A DNA stretch of 64,000 nt from Eledone cirrhosa (Eukaryota). A model generated the notes under the pieces. It searched no databases. It worked only from the letters and a program-made list of their open reading frames with translations, and was not told the origin of the DNA. Made by a program: the position numbers and the translations under genes. Of the stretch, positions 34,047 through 46,987 are shown piece by piece. Positions within the stretch are counted from its first letter, which is position 1. Each line of letters opens with the position of its first letter. The stretch is taken from assembly GCA_964016885.1 (NCBI GenBank), contig OZ024741.1:320168001-320232000 (forward strand), read 5' to 3'.

Positions 34047-34069
34047 TAAAATAAAAATATATATATATA

Positions 34070-35296
34070 TATATCATAAAACATGTCTATAGAATCACAA
34101 GATAAAATATATACTATTTCCTCTCCCAATTAGCATAATTAACTATATAAAAAATCGAATAGACCAGGCTATAAGAATGAGGCTTCTATGAAGAAATCTC
34201 CAACAAATAACCAAAACTAGCCCTTCGCGTCAGCCGTAGCGGAATATTTATCGAATATTTCGACAGCGTAATCGCCCAGATACAGTCAACTAAACAGAAT
34301 TAGGTGTAAAATAAACTTGGAGGAAATAGAATACATTTAAATACCTCTACCATGGTTTCATCCGTATTTTGAGTCTTCCAATAATTATGTAATAATTATA
34401 TAAACTCGAGCACCGGATTCATCAGGAAGTTCGCTCTTATCTAGACACTAAATTTTCCAAAGTGATCGCGCCAAGAATTCATTCAAAATGGCTAATAATC
34501 GTGACGTAGTCGCGGTCAGGTTGGAAGGGGTGTGGTAGTTGCTTACGACTGGTGGCATTTTTGCTAGAAAGCACAGCACAATACAGCCAAATTTGTATCT
34601 CAACCTAATGGGAGATTATTACATATAAAAGTTTACATATATATATATATACATATACGTGTTTTGCAACTGGTCACTTTGTGGCTCAATGAAAAATTAA
34701 TAAATTAAATAATCAGAGCTATATATCAGCAACTACCACAACCCTTCCAACCTGACCGCGACTACGTCACGATTTTTAGCCATTTTGAATGAATCCTTGG
34801 CGCGATCACTTTGGAAAATTTAGTGTCTAGATAAGAGCGAACTTCCTGATGAATCCGGTGCTCGAGTTTATATAATTATTACATAATTATTGGAAGACTC
34901 AAAATACGGATGAAACCATGGTAGAGGTATTTAAATGTATTCTATTTTCTCCTAGTTTATTTTACACCTAATTCTGTTTAGTTGACTGTACCTGGGCGAT
35001 TACGCTGTCGAAATATTCGATAAATATTCCGCTACGGACGACGCGAGGGCTAGTTTTAGTTATTTGTCGGAGATTTCTTCATAGAAGCCTCATTCTTATA
35101 GTCTGGTCTATTCGATTTTTTATATAGTTAATTGTGCTAATTGGGAGAGGAAATAGTATATATTTTATCTTGTGAGTCTATAGACATGTTTTCTGATATA
35201 TAGCTCTGATTATTTAATTTATTAATTTTTCATTGAGCCACAAAGTGACCAGTTGCAAAACACGTATATGTATCTATATGTATATATATATGTAAA

Positions 35297-35305
<9 letters not shown>
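34070..35305. repeat. Compound inverted repeat A-X-B-A'-B'
   Basis: A 34070-34542 matches revcomp 34729-35199; B 34622-34728 matches revcomp 35193-35305. A diverged B-A copy starts near 57665. Confidence 0.9.
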
Positions 35306-35342
<37 letters not shown>

Positions 35343-35874
35343 ATATAGAAAGCTTCTACAGCACTAGAAGTGTTTATGCATTGAGTACCTTACTTACTGT
35401 GGTTACCTCCGAGTGAACCCGGAATAACGTATATATATATATATATATATATATGATAAAGAACAAAAGAGCGTCTACAACATCAAAATATTTTTATTGG
35501 CTTACAATGTTTCTTCCTTGTGTAACCGTAGGATTCTTGAGAGCTATAAAAGGGGTTTGATTAGTGTTATGGACTCTACCAACCAAACATTCAAGAACAA
35601 AGAGTAAAGAGAGTAAAGAGCAAAAGCAGGGGACGATAAGGCTAATTTTGGTGCGGGAGGGTGTGGTGTGGGTCCTTGTTTACTAGCTGTGGTCATATTC
35701 ATTCCCGGGAGTCGAGTGGTTAGTGGAGCCATAGATGGGGTGGCGTCGGTAGTAGGGTGCAGAGGGTGTGCAGAGGCTACACACACACAAAGGGCATACA
35801 ATATATATATAACGGAGGAGAAAGTACATGAGGTAATTAGAAATGGAATAAGAGTAATAATAATAATCTATAAT

Positions 35875-36060
35875 TAATTGTTTCTACTTCAGGCACAAGG
35901 CCAGCAAATACCCAGTTCATTACTGGTACTTTATTTTATCGACCCCGTAAGGATGAAAGGCAAAGTCAACCTCGGCGGGATTTGAACTCAGATCGTAAAG
36001 GGACGTAACTATGCTGGAAAGCATGTCGTCCGACCCTCTACCGATACTGCCAATCCACCG
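35875..36060 (-). mobile_element. tRNA-derived SINE, family 1
   Basis: A-box-like TGGCAGTATCGG, B box GAGTTCAAATCC, core GACTTTGCCTTTCATCC..GGGGTCGATAAAAT and ATT tail; multicopy in the window. Confidence 0.9.
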
Positions 36061-36439
36061 AATTAATAATGTATAATAAGGCACGGGGAAGATTACACTA
36101 TAATAAGGTATAAAAGTAAGAATAAGGTAAAATATAAAGGAGGATAAGAGTGAAAATAAGAATAAAGATTTAAAAAATATATATATATAAAAATATATAT
36201 AGAGAATATATAAAAAAATATATAAGCAAGTATTAGAAGGGAAAAACACAATGTAAAAAAACCGATTTTGTCAAATAAAAATATTATAAATATGGGGGGA
36301 GAAAACGGGATAGAGAAATATAATCAAATGTGATTAGTTGAGAGAATATAAGATGATAATAGTTATGTCAAGTTTATACATCTTAATAAATATCAGAGTT
36401 ACACATCCTTCATATATATACTCATATATATATATAAAT

Positions 36440-36587
36440 CTCATTATTTCTGAAGACGGCGGGTAGTGAAGACTTATGTATTTTCTTCTTACTATGATAT
36501 TTTGTAATATGTTTTACATATATCAATAATTGAATGACGATACAGGGAACTACCCCCGCCCCCCAGAAACAATCGTAAAATAATGAG
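36440..36587 (+). ncRNA. Hammerhead ribozyme with a 109-nt stem II region
   Basis: CTCATTATTT-CTGAAGA-[GGCGGGTAGT...ACTACCCCCGCC]-GAAAC-AATC-GTA-AAATAATGAG; perfect 10-bp stem I. Confidence 0.75.
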
Positions 36588-36632
36588 TTTTACTATGAAT
36601 TAACAGTTTTCTGTTTAATTTCATTGTTTTGA

Positions 36633-36757
<125 letters not shown>

Positions 36758-36789
36758 AGATCAAAAGATGGTTAAAGGAGTTCAATATA

Positions 36790-36856
36790 TTTTATTATGC
36801 GCATTTCAAAAACAAACATCATCAAACAATAATATTTGTGTTTTCATCAGATAAAA
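36790..36856 (-). ncRNA. Minimal hammerhead ribozyme (mirror of 39620-39686)
   Basis: Reverse complement within the left palindrome arm. Confidence 0.82.
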
Positions 36857-39619
36857 CAGGAGAACATGATATGAAGGCTAAAAAAACACTTGTTGATAGT
36901 GCAGTTTTAAATCAACATATGAAAAGTGGTTTTAGATTGATGTGTGATATTGGGAAAAATATTTTATTTAGAGAGGGGGGGAGAGAAAAGGATGAAAAGG
37001 GAAGGAGATGAGAGGGAGAGATGGGTGATAGAGAGAAAGAGATAGTTTTTATAACAGAGAGGAGATATATTTTATATAGAGGGGTTGAAAACCGTTGGAA
37101 GATACTGTATAAATTAAAAATTTTGAAAATTAACGAAGGGAGGATATGTGCGAGGAAAAAATATATTATATTTAGGGAGGGGTGGGGGTGGAAAGGATGA
37201 AAAAAAGGGGAGGAGATGAGAGTGAAGGTGGAAAGGGAGAGATGGGTGATAGAGAGAAAGAGATAGTTTTTATAACTGAGAAAAAGATATAATGTTTTAA
37301 TATAGAGAGGTTGGGAACCGTTGGAAGATAATGTATAAATTAAAGGAATTTGAAAATTAACGAAGGGAAATTATGTATGGAGATAGAGAGAAAAAAATAA
37401 CGAAGGGAGATTATGTATGGAGATAGAGAGAAAAAAAATAATAATTGTGGGTGAATATTCAAAAGGAGAAATGTAGGAATTTTAAAATTAGCAAAGAGAA
37501 AAAGTTTATGTATAGGATTTGAGAAAAATAATGTGAAGTTAAAGTTTTTATATTGAATTCATATGTATTAATAATGAGTTCGTTGATGGGGAGAAAAAAA
37601 TAATAATAAATTAAGGATGAAATTGAGATTAAAAAGATTTATGATAGAGAGAAAAAATAATAATGATTGCGGATGAATACTCAAAATGTCAAAAACAAAT
37701 GTTATTGTTTTACGAGGAGATATAATGAGGGTGATGAGTAAACGGGTATTATAGAGTGTATAATGCCCTTTAAAGTAAGGTAGATGGGTATATTTTAAAG
37801 AATATATGAGTATATATTAAAAAAAATATATAATAATAAATTAAGGATGAAATTGAGATTAAAAAGATTTATGATAGAGGGAAAAAAAAAAATAATAATG
37901 ATTGCGGATGAATATTCAAAATGTCAAAAACAAATGTTATTGTTTTACGAGAAGATAGGATGAGGTAAATGAGTAAACGAGTACTATAGAGTGTATAATG
38001 CCCTTTAAAGTAAGGTAGATGGGTATATTTTAAAGAGGTGTATGTATATGTGCCTTTGAGAAAAGATTCTAAATTGATAAAGAATTGAATATTAACTGTA
38101 TACTTTGTGAAAAGTTCTATGGAATTTATGCAGGCAGATGGAAAACAAATCCGAGCGTCTATTTATTATGGATTCTAGGTTAGAGATAATGGTAAATTTT
38201 TCATTTAGGCAGAGATTACAGGCAGAGATTTACTTGAACAGTTCTCTATCTAAAATCTGTAATCTCTGCCTAAATGAAAAATTTACCATTATCTCTAACC
38301 TAGAATCCATAATAAATAGACGCTCGGATTTGTTTTCCATCTGCCTGCATAAATTCCATAGAACTTTTCACAAAGTATACAGTTAATATTCAATTCTTTA
38401 TCAATTTAGAATCTTTTCTCAAAGGCACATATACATACACCTCTTTAAAATATACCCATCTACCTTACTTTAAAGGGCATTATACACTCTATAGTACTCG
38501 TTTACTCATTTACCTCATCCTATCTTCTCGTAAAACAATAACATTTGTTTTTGACATTTTGAATATTCATCCGCAATCATTATTATTTTTTTTCCCTCTA
38601 TCATAAATCTTTTTAATCTCAATTTCATCCTTAATTTATTATTATATATTTTTTTTTAATATATACTCATATATTCTTTAAAATATACCCATCTACCTTA
38701 CTTTAAAGGGCATTATACACTCTATAATACCCGTTTACTCATCACCCTCATTATATCTCCTCGTAAAACAATAACATTTGTTTTTGACATTTTGAGTATT
38801 CATCCGCAATCATTATTATTTTTTCTCTCTATCATAAATCTTTTTAATCTCAATTTCATCCTTAATTTATTATTATTTTTTTCTCCCCATCAACGAACTC
38901 ATTATTAATACATATGAATTCAATATAAAAACTTTAACTTCACATTATTTTTCTCAAATCCTATACATAAACTTTTTCTCTTTGCTAATTTTAAAATTCC
39001 TACATTTCTCCTTTTGAATATTCACCCACAATTATTATTTTTTTTCTCTCTATCTCCATACATAATCTCCCTTCGTTATTTTTTTCTCTCTATCTCCATA
39101 CATAATTTCCCTTCGTTAATTTTCAAATTCCTTTAATTTATACATTATCTTCCAACGGTTCCCAACCTCTCTATATTAAAACATTATATCTTTTTCTCAG
39201 TTATAAAAACTATCTCTTTCTCTCTATCACCCATCTCTCCCTTTCCACCTTCACTCTCATCTCCTCCCCTTTTTTTCATCCTTTCCACCCCCACCCCTCC
39301 CTAAATATAATATATTTTTTCCTCGCACATATCCTCCCTTCGTTAATTTTCAAAATTTTTAATTTATACAGTATCTTCCAACGGTTTTCAACCCCTCTAT
39401 ATAAAATATATCTCCTCTCTGTTATAAAAACTATCTCTTTCTCTCTATCACCCATCTCTCCCTCTCATCTCCTTCCCTTTTCATCCTTTTCTCTCCCCCC
39501 CTCTCTAAATAAAATATTTTTCCCAATATCACACATCAATCTAAAACCACTTTTCATATGTTGATTTAAAACTGCACTATCAACAAGTGTTTTTTTAGCC
39601 TTCATATCATGTTCTCCTG

Positions 39620-39686
39620 TTTTATCTGATGAAAACACAAATATTATTGTTTGATGATGTTTGTTTTTGAAATGCGCATAATAAAA
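39620..39686 (+). ncRNA. Minimal hammerhead ribozyme
   Basis: TTTTAT-CTGATGA-[12-bp stem II, one mismatch]-GAAAT-GCGC-ATA-ATAAAA; palindromic GCGC tetraloop. Confidence 0.85.
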
Positions 39687-39813
39687 TATATTGAACTCCT
39701 TTAACCATCTTTTGATCTTATATTATGCATACTCCAGTCCCACAAACTGTAGAGTGCTTCTTATCCGATATCTGCATTGCTTTATTGTACTACAATAAAA
39801 CTCACCTCCTACA

Positions 39814-39848
<35 letters not shown>

Positions 39849-40549
39849 GGTGAAAGAGTGAATATATATATATATATTTATATATGGTGAAAGAGTGAAG
39901 AATAACATGGTCAGCTGCACAAAAAGGTTTTTATTTACAGTATTAACAATTGTTTCATAGATCAGGTGAGTCTAAAGGCCGCTGATCACTCTTATCACAC
40001 ACACATAAAAATACACAAACACACACACACACATACATATAAATTTATATATATATATATATATACACTCTTTTACTCTTATACCTGTTCCAGCCATCCG
40101 TCTGAGGCCACATATATATATACATATGCGTGTGTGTGTGTGTTGTGTGTGTGCATAAATGTGTGTGTTTGTGTGCGTCCGTGTGTTAGTAGCATGTTGA
40201 AATGTAACTTTTAACGGACGAATTAAAAAGTTATGAAACACGTGTTGTAGAGTATAGTGTTTATTTAAACAGAAATATTTAAACCGAAACTGACTACCAG
40301 AGTTTCGTACCAAGGCAACTAGAGTTTCGCATCAAGGCAACAAATATATCTATCTATATACTACTAAAACTCTGTGATTGTGTGCTTGTCTGTTAGTTAA
40401 TACACCAAATACAGCCCATAATGGTAAAATACTTTGAAAGGAAGTTGCCCCTGAAAAGAGAATACAAATGGAATAAAACAAGTTTTGCGTAAATCGGAGC
40501 ACGGAATCCGAGATACGGGGTTTTTCATGCTAAATAGGAGAGGTTTGTA

Positions 40550-41335
40550 AGTCTATGTGTATAGACTGCGCGATCCTGACTATTCCGATTGCTTGCCATT
40601 TACTTTGTTCACCAAGCAGATGCTACTGTGCAATCCAGTCTATGAAGACTATGAAGACAGGACCAAAACTAACTACTTTGAAGTCAGTCTCCAGGTAACG
40701 ATGGTCGACCATAACGAAAGCTTTCGATCGATCCAAATTGATCTGAGCCCACATAAGGCTGGTTTACACCTTACTTTCCCTATGATGTATCGCATGAGGT
40801 GGAGGTTGTCTTGTATTAACATGATCACGATTGCTCACGTATATGGCTCCCCTACCAGGCTCTCAATGACGAACACAGAGCTAGTTTCTAGCACCTTCGC
40901 CAATATCTTAAACTCTGTGATTAGCAGTGATATGGGCCTCAAGCTGTCTAAACTAACCTTTTTGTTCTCTTCTTTCCTTATCAACGTTACTCAAAGAACT
41001 TGGAATTCTACCTTTCTGCTGCCAGTTGTAGTAGACGGCCTCGATAGATCAGAAAACAAGTTTGGAATATCTATGTAAAACTCAAAAGAGAAAACTATCC
41101 AAAGCTGGTAATTTGCGCCTTTACAGTCAGCCAGGGCTTCCTGAATACCAGCTGCTGTTATCAGCTTTTCGTAACACTCCGAGAGTTGCAGCAGGCCGTC
41201 GAGTCGAGGAAGGAACTGAAGTCCGCTACCCTCTAGATCCTCCCGCCCTCCCCGAACTGTTGAGCAAAGTGCTGGCGGAACGCTGCACACATCTGCCTTG
41301 GATCGACCACCAGGTGCTCGCCAGGTCCGTCAATT
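40550..41335 (-). mobile_element. Decayed Tx1/L1-like reverse transcriptase fragment
   Basis: RPISLLITEFKILAKVL, IQDNLHLMRYII and INLDRSKAFVMVDHRYL; stops and frameshifts. Confidence 0.8.
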
Positions 41336-41430
41336 GTGTTTGTTTGGGTGCATATGTGTGTTTCTGTGTTTATATGATAGGAAGAGAGAGAGGGGGGGAG
41401 AGGGAGAGATTTTCTAATGGAGCTTTTCTG

Positions 41431-41549
41431 AAGAAGAAGAAGAAGAAGAAGAAGAAGAAGAAGAAGAAGAAGAAGAAGAAGAAGAAGAAGAAGAAGAAGA
41501 AGAAGAAGAAGAAGAAGAAGAAGAAGAAGAAGAAGAAGAAGAAGAAGAA
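41431..41549. repeat. (AAG)n microsatellite
   Basis: Read directly. Confidence 0.98.
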
Positions 41550-41874
41550 ATTGAGTTCTATAAATATATTCGGTTGTATTCCAAGTGAAAAGATAAATTA
41601 AGTTAGAGATAGAAAAATAGTCAGAGGTATATCACTTGAAATCGAAGTCTGGTTGAAAACTCTTCTGAAACTGGAACTATTTAATAAATATCCAGTGACA
41701 GCCCCGCCAAAAACTGCAGATTTCAGCAAAATGGATATAGCGATGATGGATGGAATCATTAAGACAATGCTTTGTGGAGAAGCCGACGAGTTAGTGAGTG
41801 TGGGGATGTTATACACGACTAGGAGAAATTGAGACTGATGTACGGAGATATGACACACACATACACACACACAT

Positions 41875-41952
<78 letters not shown>

Positions 41953-42022
41953 ATGCACACTCACATACACACATATATATATATACATAAATACATACAT
42001 GCATACATACATACATACATTC

Positions 42023-42092
<70 letters not shown>

Positions 42093-42238
42093 TATATATT
42101 ATATATATATATATATTATATATATATATAGGTATGTGTATGTGTGTGTGTGTAAAACGTAAACAGAAATAACAACACAATCGGTACAGTATATGGAAAT
42201 AATATATTAGGTTAACGCTTGAAATAGCAAAAACAGGG

Positions 42239-42274
42239 TCTTAACGTTTCGGACGCTAGTCCTTCATCAGAAGA
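42239..42274 (-). ncRNA. Minimal hammerhead, loop-less stem III (dimer type)
   Basis: Reverse strand TCTT-CTGATGA-AGGACTAGCGTCC-GAAACGTT-AAGA; core identical to 48634-48669. Confidence 0.78.
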
Positions 42275-42379
42275 AAGAATGAGAAATTAGATAGATTGAA
42301 GGGACGAGCAGAGTGGAATTGGAAAAAAAATGTTTTTAGAGAAAAATAACAGGTCCATTCATGTTGCCATATGTATACA

Positions 42380-43230
42380 TTGACTCCCTACCCTTTTATC
42401 ATCGCAATGTACTATGGTATGCACCTTGCGCTAGAGAAACACCAGGACTCTGGCTTTACTGTAAGACTGGTTCAGAGCAGGAGAGTTAAGGCGAAAAAGA
42501 TATCGCATGCTGAGTTTGCCGACGTCATAGTTCTGGTGGCAAACACAGTGAAGGAGGCAGAGGAGTTGATGCTGGAGGTGGAGACTGTGTCGATGAGTGT
42601 GGGGCTGAGAAGGAATGAGATTAAGAGGAAGTATCTGGTAGAGAATATTAAGAAACCAGAGAAAATTACTAATGTAGGCGGGAGGCCGCTAGAATTGGTT
42701 GAATACAGAATATGATGTGGTCGAGAGGGAGAGCAAAGCCTGGGCGGCGTGCCACAGTCTGAGATTGGTGTGGAAGTCGGACCTTCGTAAAGACCTGAAG
42801 ATCCGTCTCTTCGTTGCTGTAGTGGAGTCTGTGCTGTTGTATGGGTCCGAGACTTGGACACTGACCAAGAACTCCCTCAGATGGTGGATGGGTGCTACAC
42901 AAGAACGCTGAGGTTGGCTCTGAACATTAATCAGTAAACACTGAGGATGAAGAACTCAGAGCTGTACGGCAAAAGTCAGCTCGAGAGTAGCACAGAGGAG
43001 ACTGAGGTTAGCTGGACATGTTCACCGACATCCAGAGTTGACATTGCACTTAGTGCTCCTGTGGGAGCCCCTACATGGATACACTGGAAGAGGGAGACCG
43101 AGGTTGATATATGCTGATGCCCTAAGCACAGACACTGGTCTCTTGGAGACACAGGACATGGCAGCGATGATGAGGGACAGTGACCGCTGGAGAGAACTCA
43201 TCCATGGATCTCGGGAATTTTACCCGCCCT
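42380..43230 (+). mobile_element. 5'-truncated, decayed RTE-group LINE
   Basis: TPYPFII, EFADVIVL (YADD-like), KIRLFVAVVESVLLYGSETWTLT and LWEP..GRGRPR; frameshifted; runs into (TA)n. Confidence 0.88.
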
Positions 43231-43272
43231 ATATATATATACATACATACATATATATATATTATATATATA

Positions 43273-43479
<207 letters not shown>

Positions 43480-43692
43480 TAGATAGATAGATTTCAGGGC
43501 CCAGTAATGGCTGCCACTGTATAGTGGGATAGTAGTTCTATAATTAGATCCTAAAACCTAAGGTCGATCAAACATGTTAAGTATATGGACTTTAATATGA
43601 ACAAAAATTGATCCTTTGCCTTTTAACTATGCACACACACACACACACACGCACACACACACACACACACCCATACACACACACACACACAG

Positions 43693-43723
<31 letters not shown>

Positions 43724-43739
43724 TATATATATATATATA

Positions 43740-44520
43740 GCTGGCATAAATAGGAATAGGCTCACTGCCTCTAATACCACCGTAAACCCCGGAGCCACTC
43801 AACAGAACCAGCATGCGGGATGCAACAGAACCCGGAAAGGCCCAACTAGCACACCGGAACCCAACGACTCTGTGCTGATTACGTAGGCTACCAAGCCAAC
43901 CCTGAGTGTTGGTGAGGCTTAAGAAGCCATGTAATTGCAGAGACCCATCACTATACCCCCTTAGTAATGAATGCATGACGAAAAACGTGGTCTACAGGTG
44001 AAAGGTCATAACCCCTAACTCGGAGCACCACTACATAGGATCCACAGCGACGAGCTTCAAAGTTCGGTGATATAACCATCGCCATTCCTTTAACAGAATA
44101 GATAAGAGGAAATGTACGGCCCTTTCTGAATTGATCTGGAAGCTCAAACTTGAAAAGACCCCGCACTCTCTAGTCTGGTCCGTGGTTAGAAAGGTTACCC
44201 CAGACAGAGGTGGGTCTGGTATTTGCAACCTCTGTCTTAGTGAGACACTCGAGATTCTTCATGGCGGAACCAAGCTATTAAACAGAAGGGCCGACTTATT
44301 CGGTGTCTGCAGACACCTAAGGACGGGAACTTTCCTTAAGCTATATGGATAAACTCCGGTTACGGCCTCCCAAAACGCCCCCCTCTGTAGGTCCCCTACA
44401 CCCCGTACCAATGACCAATGGACAACAACAACCACCCATAGATATGTGGTCCCTGTGGTGGATGGTCCACCGGATCCTCTACTGGTTAGGAGTCACCCAA
44501 ACCACGTTTTATTGAACCTG
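43740..44520 (+). mobile_element. Naiad-like PLE fragment: GIY-YIG endonuclease
   Basis: Frame 43921-44352: CNCRDPSLYPLSNEC..VVYR*KV..HYIGSTATSFKVR*YNHRHSF..CNLCLSE..LLNRRADLFGVCRH. Confidence 0.85.
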
Positions 44521-44779
44521 ATTTTATATATATATGTATATATATATCATGTGTATATATATATATATATATTATATGTGTATATGTGTGTATTTTATAT
44601 ATATGTATGTATATGTATGTATATATTTTATGTATATATGTATATGTATGTGTATTTTATATATATATATGTATGTATGTTTTATGTGTGTATATATTTT
44701 ATGTATGTGTGTATTTTATGTATATATATATTTTTTATATTTTTATATGTATGTATTTTATACATATGTGTGTTCTGTG

Positions 44780-44811
<32 letters not shown>

Positions 44812-45545
44812 ATATATGTATACTTGTGCGTACATACATGCATGCATGTATATATATACACACCTGTATGGATTTGTGTGTGTAGATGTGTGAGTGTCTG
44901 AGGGGGTAGGTTTGAGTGTACAAGTCAACCAGCATAAACGTTTTATTTCTAAATTTTCTAAACTATCTAAGTATTGGACTCTAACCATTATATTAAGTAT
45001 TACCACCCCACATTTTATATGTGTGGTTGTGTGTGTGTGTCTGTGGAGGTGGGTGTGCGTGTAGTGCAAGCCAACCTACATAAGTCTTTTTATTTGTAAA
45101 TTTTCTACTCCAACCATAAATTTCAGTAGCACCACTCCACATAAATTCCTCAATTTAATGACCTGTAGTATCTATTTCATACTATTAACCTTAATTGAAT
45201 ATATATCTGGCCAAGAATACCTTTTGTGAAAATCAGTCATATGGAACTATTGTCATCTTGCCTGACGGTTTGAACTTTACAAAACCACCTGCCTCTTTGA
45301 GGTCAAATACCAACCCTACTACCCTCTACAAACTGACCAATGAGAATCAAGACTATTCCTGCTGACAACATTAAATTATTCCTAACAAGCTCATATGTCC
45401 CAAGGCTCTGATACCATCAACACTATAAACACAGAGCTGGCATATCTAAGAACTGACTAACTGCCTGATGAGGTCTTAGCCATTAAAGGATTATGAGTTC
45501 ATGCAATTGACTTATGTTTCGTCACTATATATATTTATATATATA

Positions 45546-45730
45546 TAATTGTTTCTACTTTTGGCACAAGGCCAGCAATTCACCAGTACATTACTGGTAC
45601 TTTATTTTATCGACCCCGTAAGGATGAAAGGCAAAGTTGACCTCGACGGGATTTGAACTCAGACCGTAAAGGGACGTAACTATGCTGGAAAGCATGGCGT
45701 CCGACTCTCTACCGATACTGCCAATCCACC
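45546..45730 (-). mobile_element. SINE family 1 copy
   Basis: Close match to 35875-36060. Confidence 0.9.
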
Positions 45731-46273
45731 AATGCAGTATTCCACTATTACTTCTTGATATTCTTGGTAAGGTGAGAAACGATCAATACACACATAAAGT
45801 CATCAGCATAATTAAGAATTCAAAACTCACGAAATACTCTTCCGACAGTTAAAAGTTCTTGCTGTTGAGGACAGTGAGAGTAGCAGAACTGAAATATTTA
45901 AAATGAAGAGAACCATGGTTATTAAATTAAATCCATTTTTTAATATCTACGATAGATTCTATACAGATGATGATGGTACATGCATATGTAAATTATAAAG
46001 CAATCAGAAGCAGTTAATTAACAATTATTTACACAAAAAAAAACAATACATAAACACCTGTATATCAAAATGGATTGAATTTAACCAAATACATATATCA
46101 AATATTGTATGAAATGTGGAACATAACCAAGCACATAAAGAACGCACGCAAAGTAGGGTAGAAATACAAACTGGTAGATGAGTGTGTTTTTAGGATGAGG
46201 TAAAAAGCAGCACATCATAATAATTATTATTAATAACATTTCTTGGAAGGTTCATTAGTGGTAGTTAAATAAT

Positions 46274-46456
46274 TGTTTCTACTTTTGGCACAAGGCCAAC
46301 AATTATCCCAGTACATTACTGGTACTTTATTTTATCGACCCCGTAAGGATGAAAGACAAAGTAAACCTCGGCGGGAATTGAACTCAGATCGTAAAGGGAC
46401 GTAACTATGCTGGAAAGCATATCCGACCCTCTACCGATACTGCCAATTCACCGCCC
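46274..46456 (-). mobile_element. SINE family 1 copy with 19-bp target-site duplication
   Basis: TTAGTGGTAGTTAAATAAT at 46255-46273 and 46457-46475. Confidence 0.93.
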
Positions 46457-46513
46457 TTAGTGGTAGTTAAATAATATACGCTGTGAGGAAAATAAAAGCA
46501 ATCGGCCGTCTAC

Positions 46514-46648
46514 TTCACTGTTTCTGAAGAATTCGGCCGATTGAACAGGGAGACTAGAAATAGGTAGTAAATTAACCATTACCATGCTAGTCAATACATC
46601 GACATTCACCGACAAGTCAACTCTCAGAAACGATCGTAAAACAATGAA
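46514..46648 (+). ncRNA. Hammerhead ribozyme with a 96-nt stem II region
   Basis: TTCACTGTTT-CTGAAGA-...-GAAAC-GATC-GTA-AAACAATGAA; stem I pairs 9/10; palindromic GATC loop; stem II pairing unclear. Confidence 0.68.
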
Positions 46649-46889
46649 CTAGCTATCTACCTACGTCTGACTTCTGTATTTTTTTTGTTTTTGTTTTTTT
46701 GTTCTATGCACAAACACATATATATAAATGACTCTGTAATCTGGACGGAATTTCTTCGAGGATACTGTAGGCGGTGATTACCTACCACAAAAACTAACGG
46801 TCACACTGCCGAATCTCGCTGCAACCATCCATCCAATGACACATTGAGATCTAACAACGTTATCAGCCCCACCACAACCAAGTGGATTA

Positions 46890-46987
<98 letters not shown>

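Noticed and set aside
34840-34870. CTGATGA as a hammerhead core (also at ~45465)
   Set aside because: No GAAA or closing stems downstream.
38138-38386. 82-aa ORF as a gene
   Set aside because: Chimera across the palindrome apex; only the C-terminal half is PLE endonuclease sense sequence.
40349-40530. Possible Helitron-like 5' end (TCTATATACTACTAAAA...)
   Set aside because: No 3' hairpin/CTAG end or second copy found; too weak to call.
41598-41850. Possible LINE APE endonuclease remnant
   Set aside because: Only vague similarity; no intact GDFN-type motif.
41062-42180. Poly-Lys, His-Thr and Cys-Val ORFs (similar ones occur across the window)
   Set aside because: (AAG)n, (CA)n and (TG)n microsatellites.
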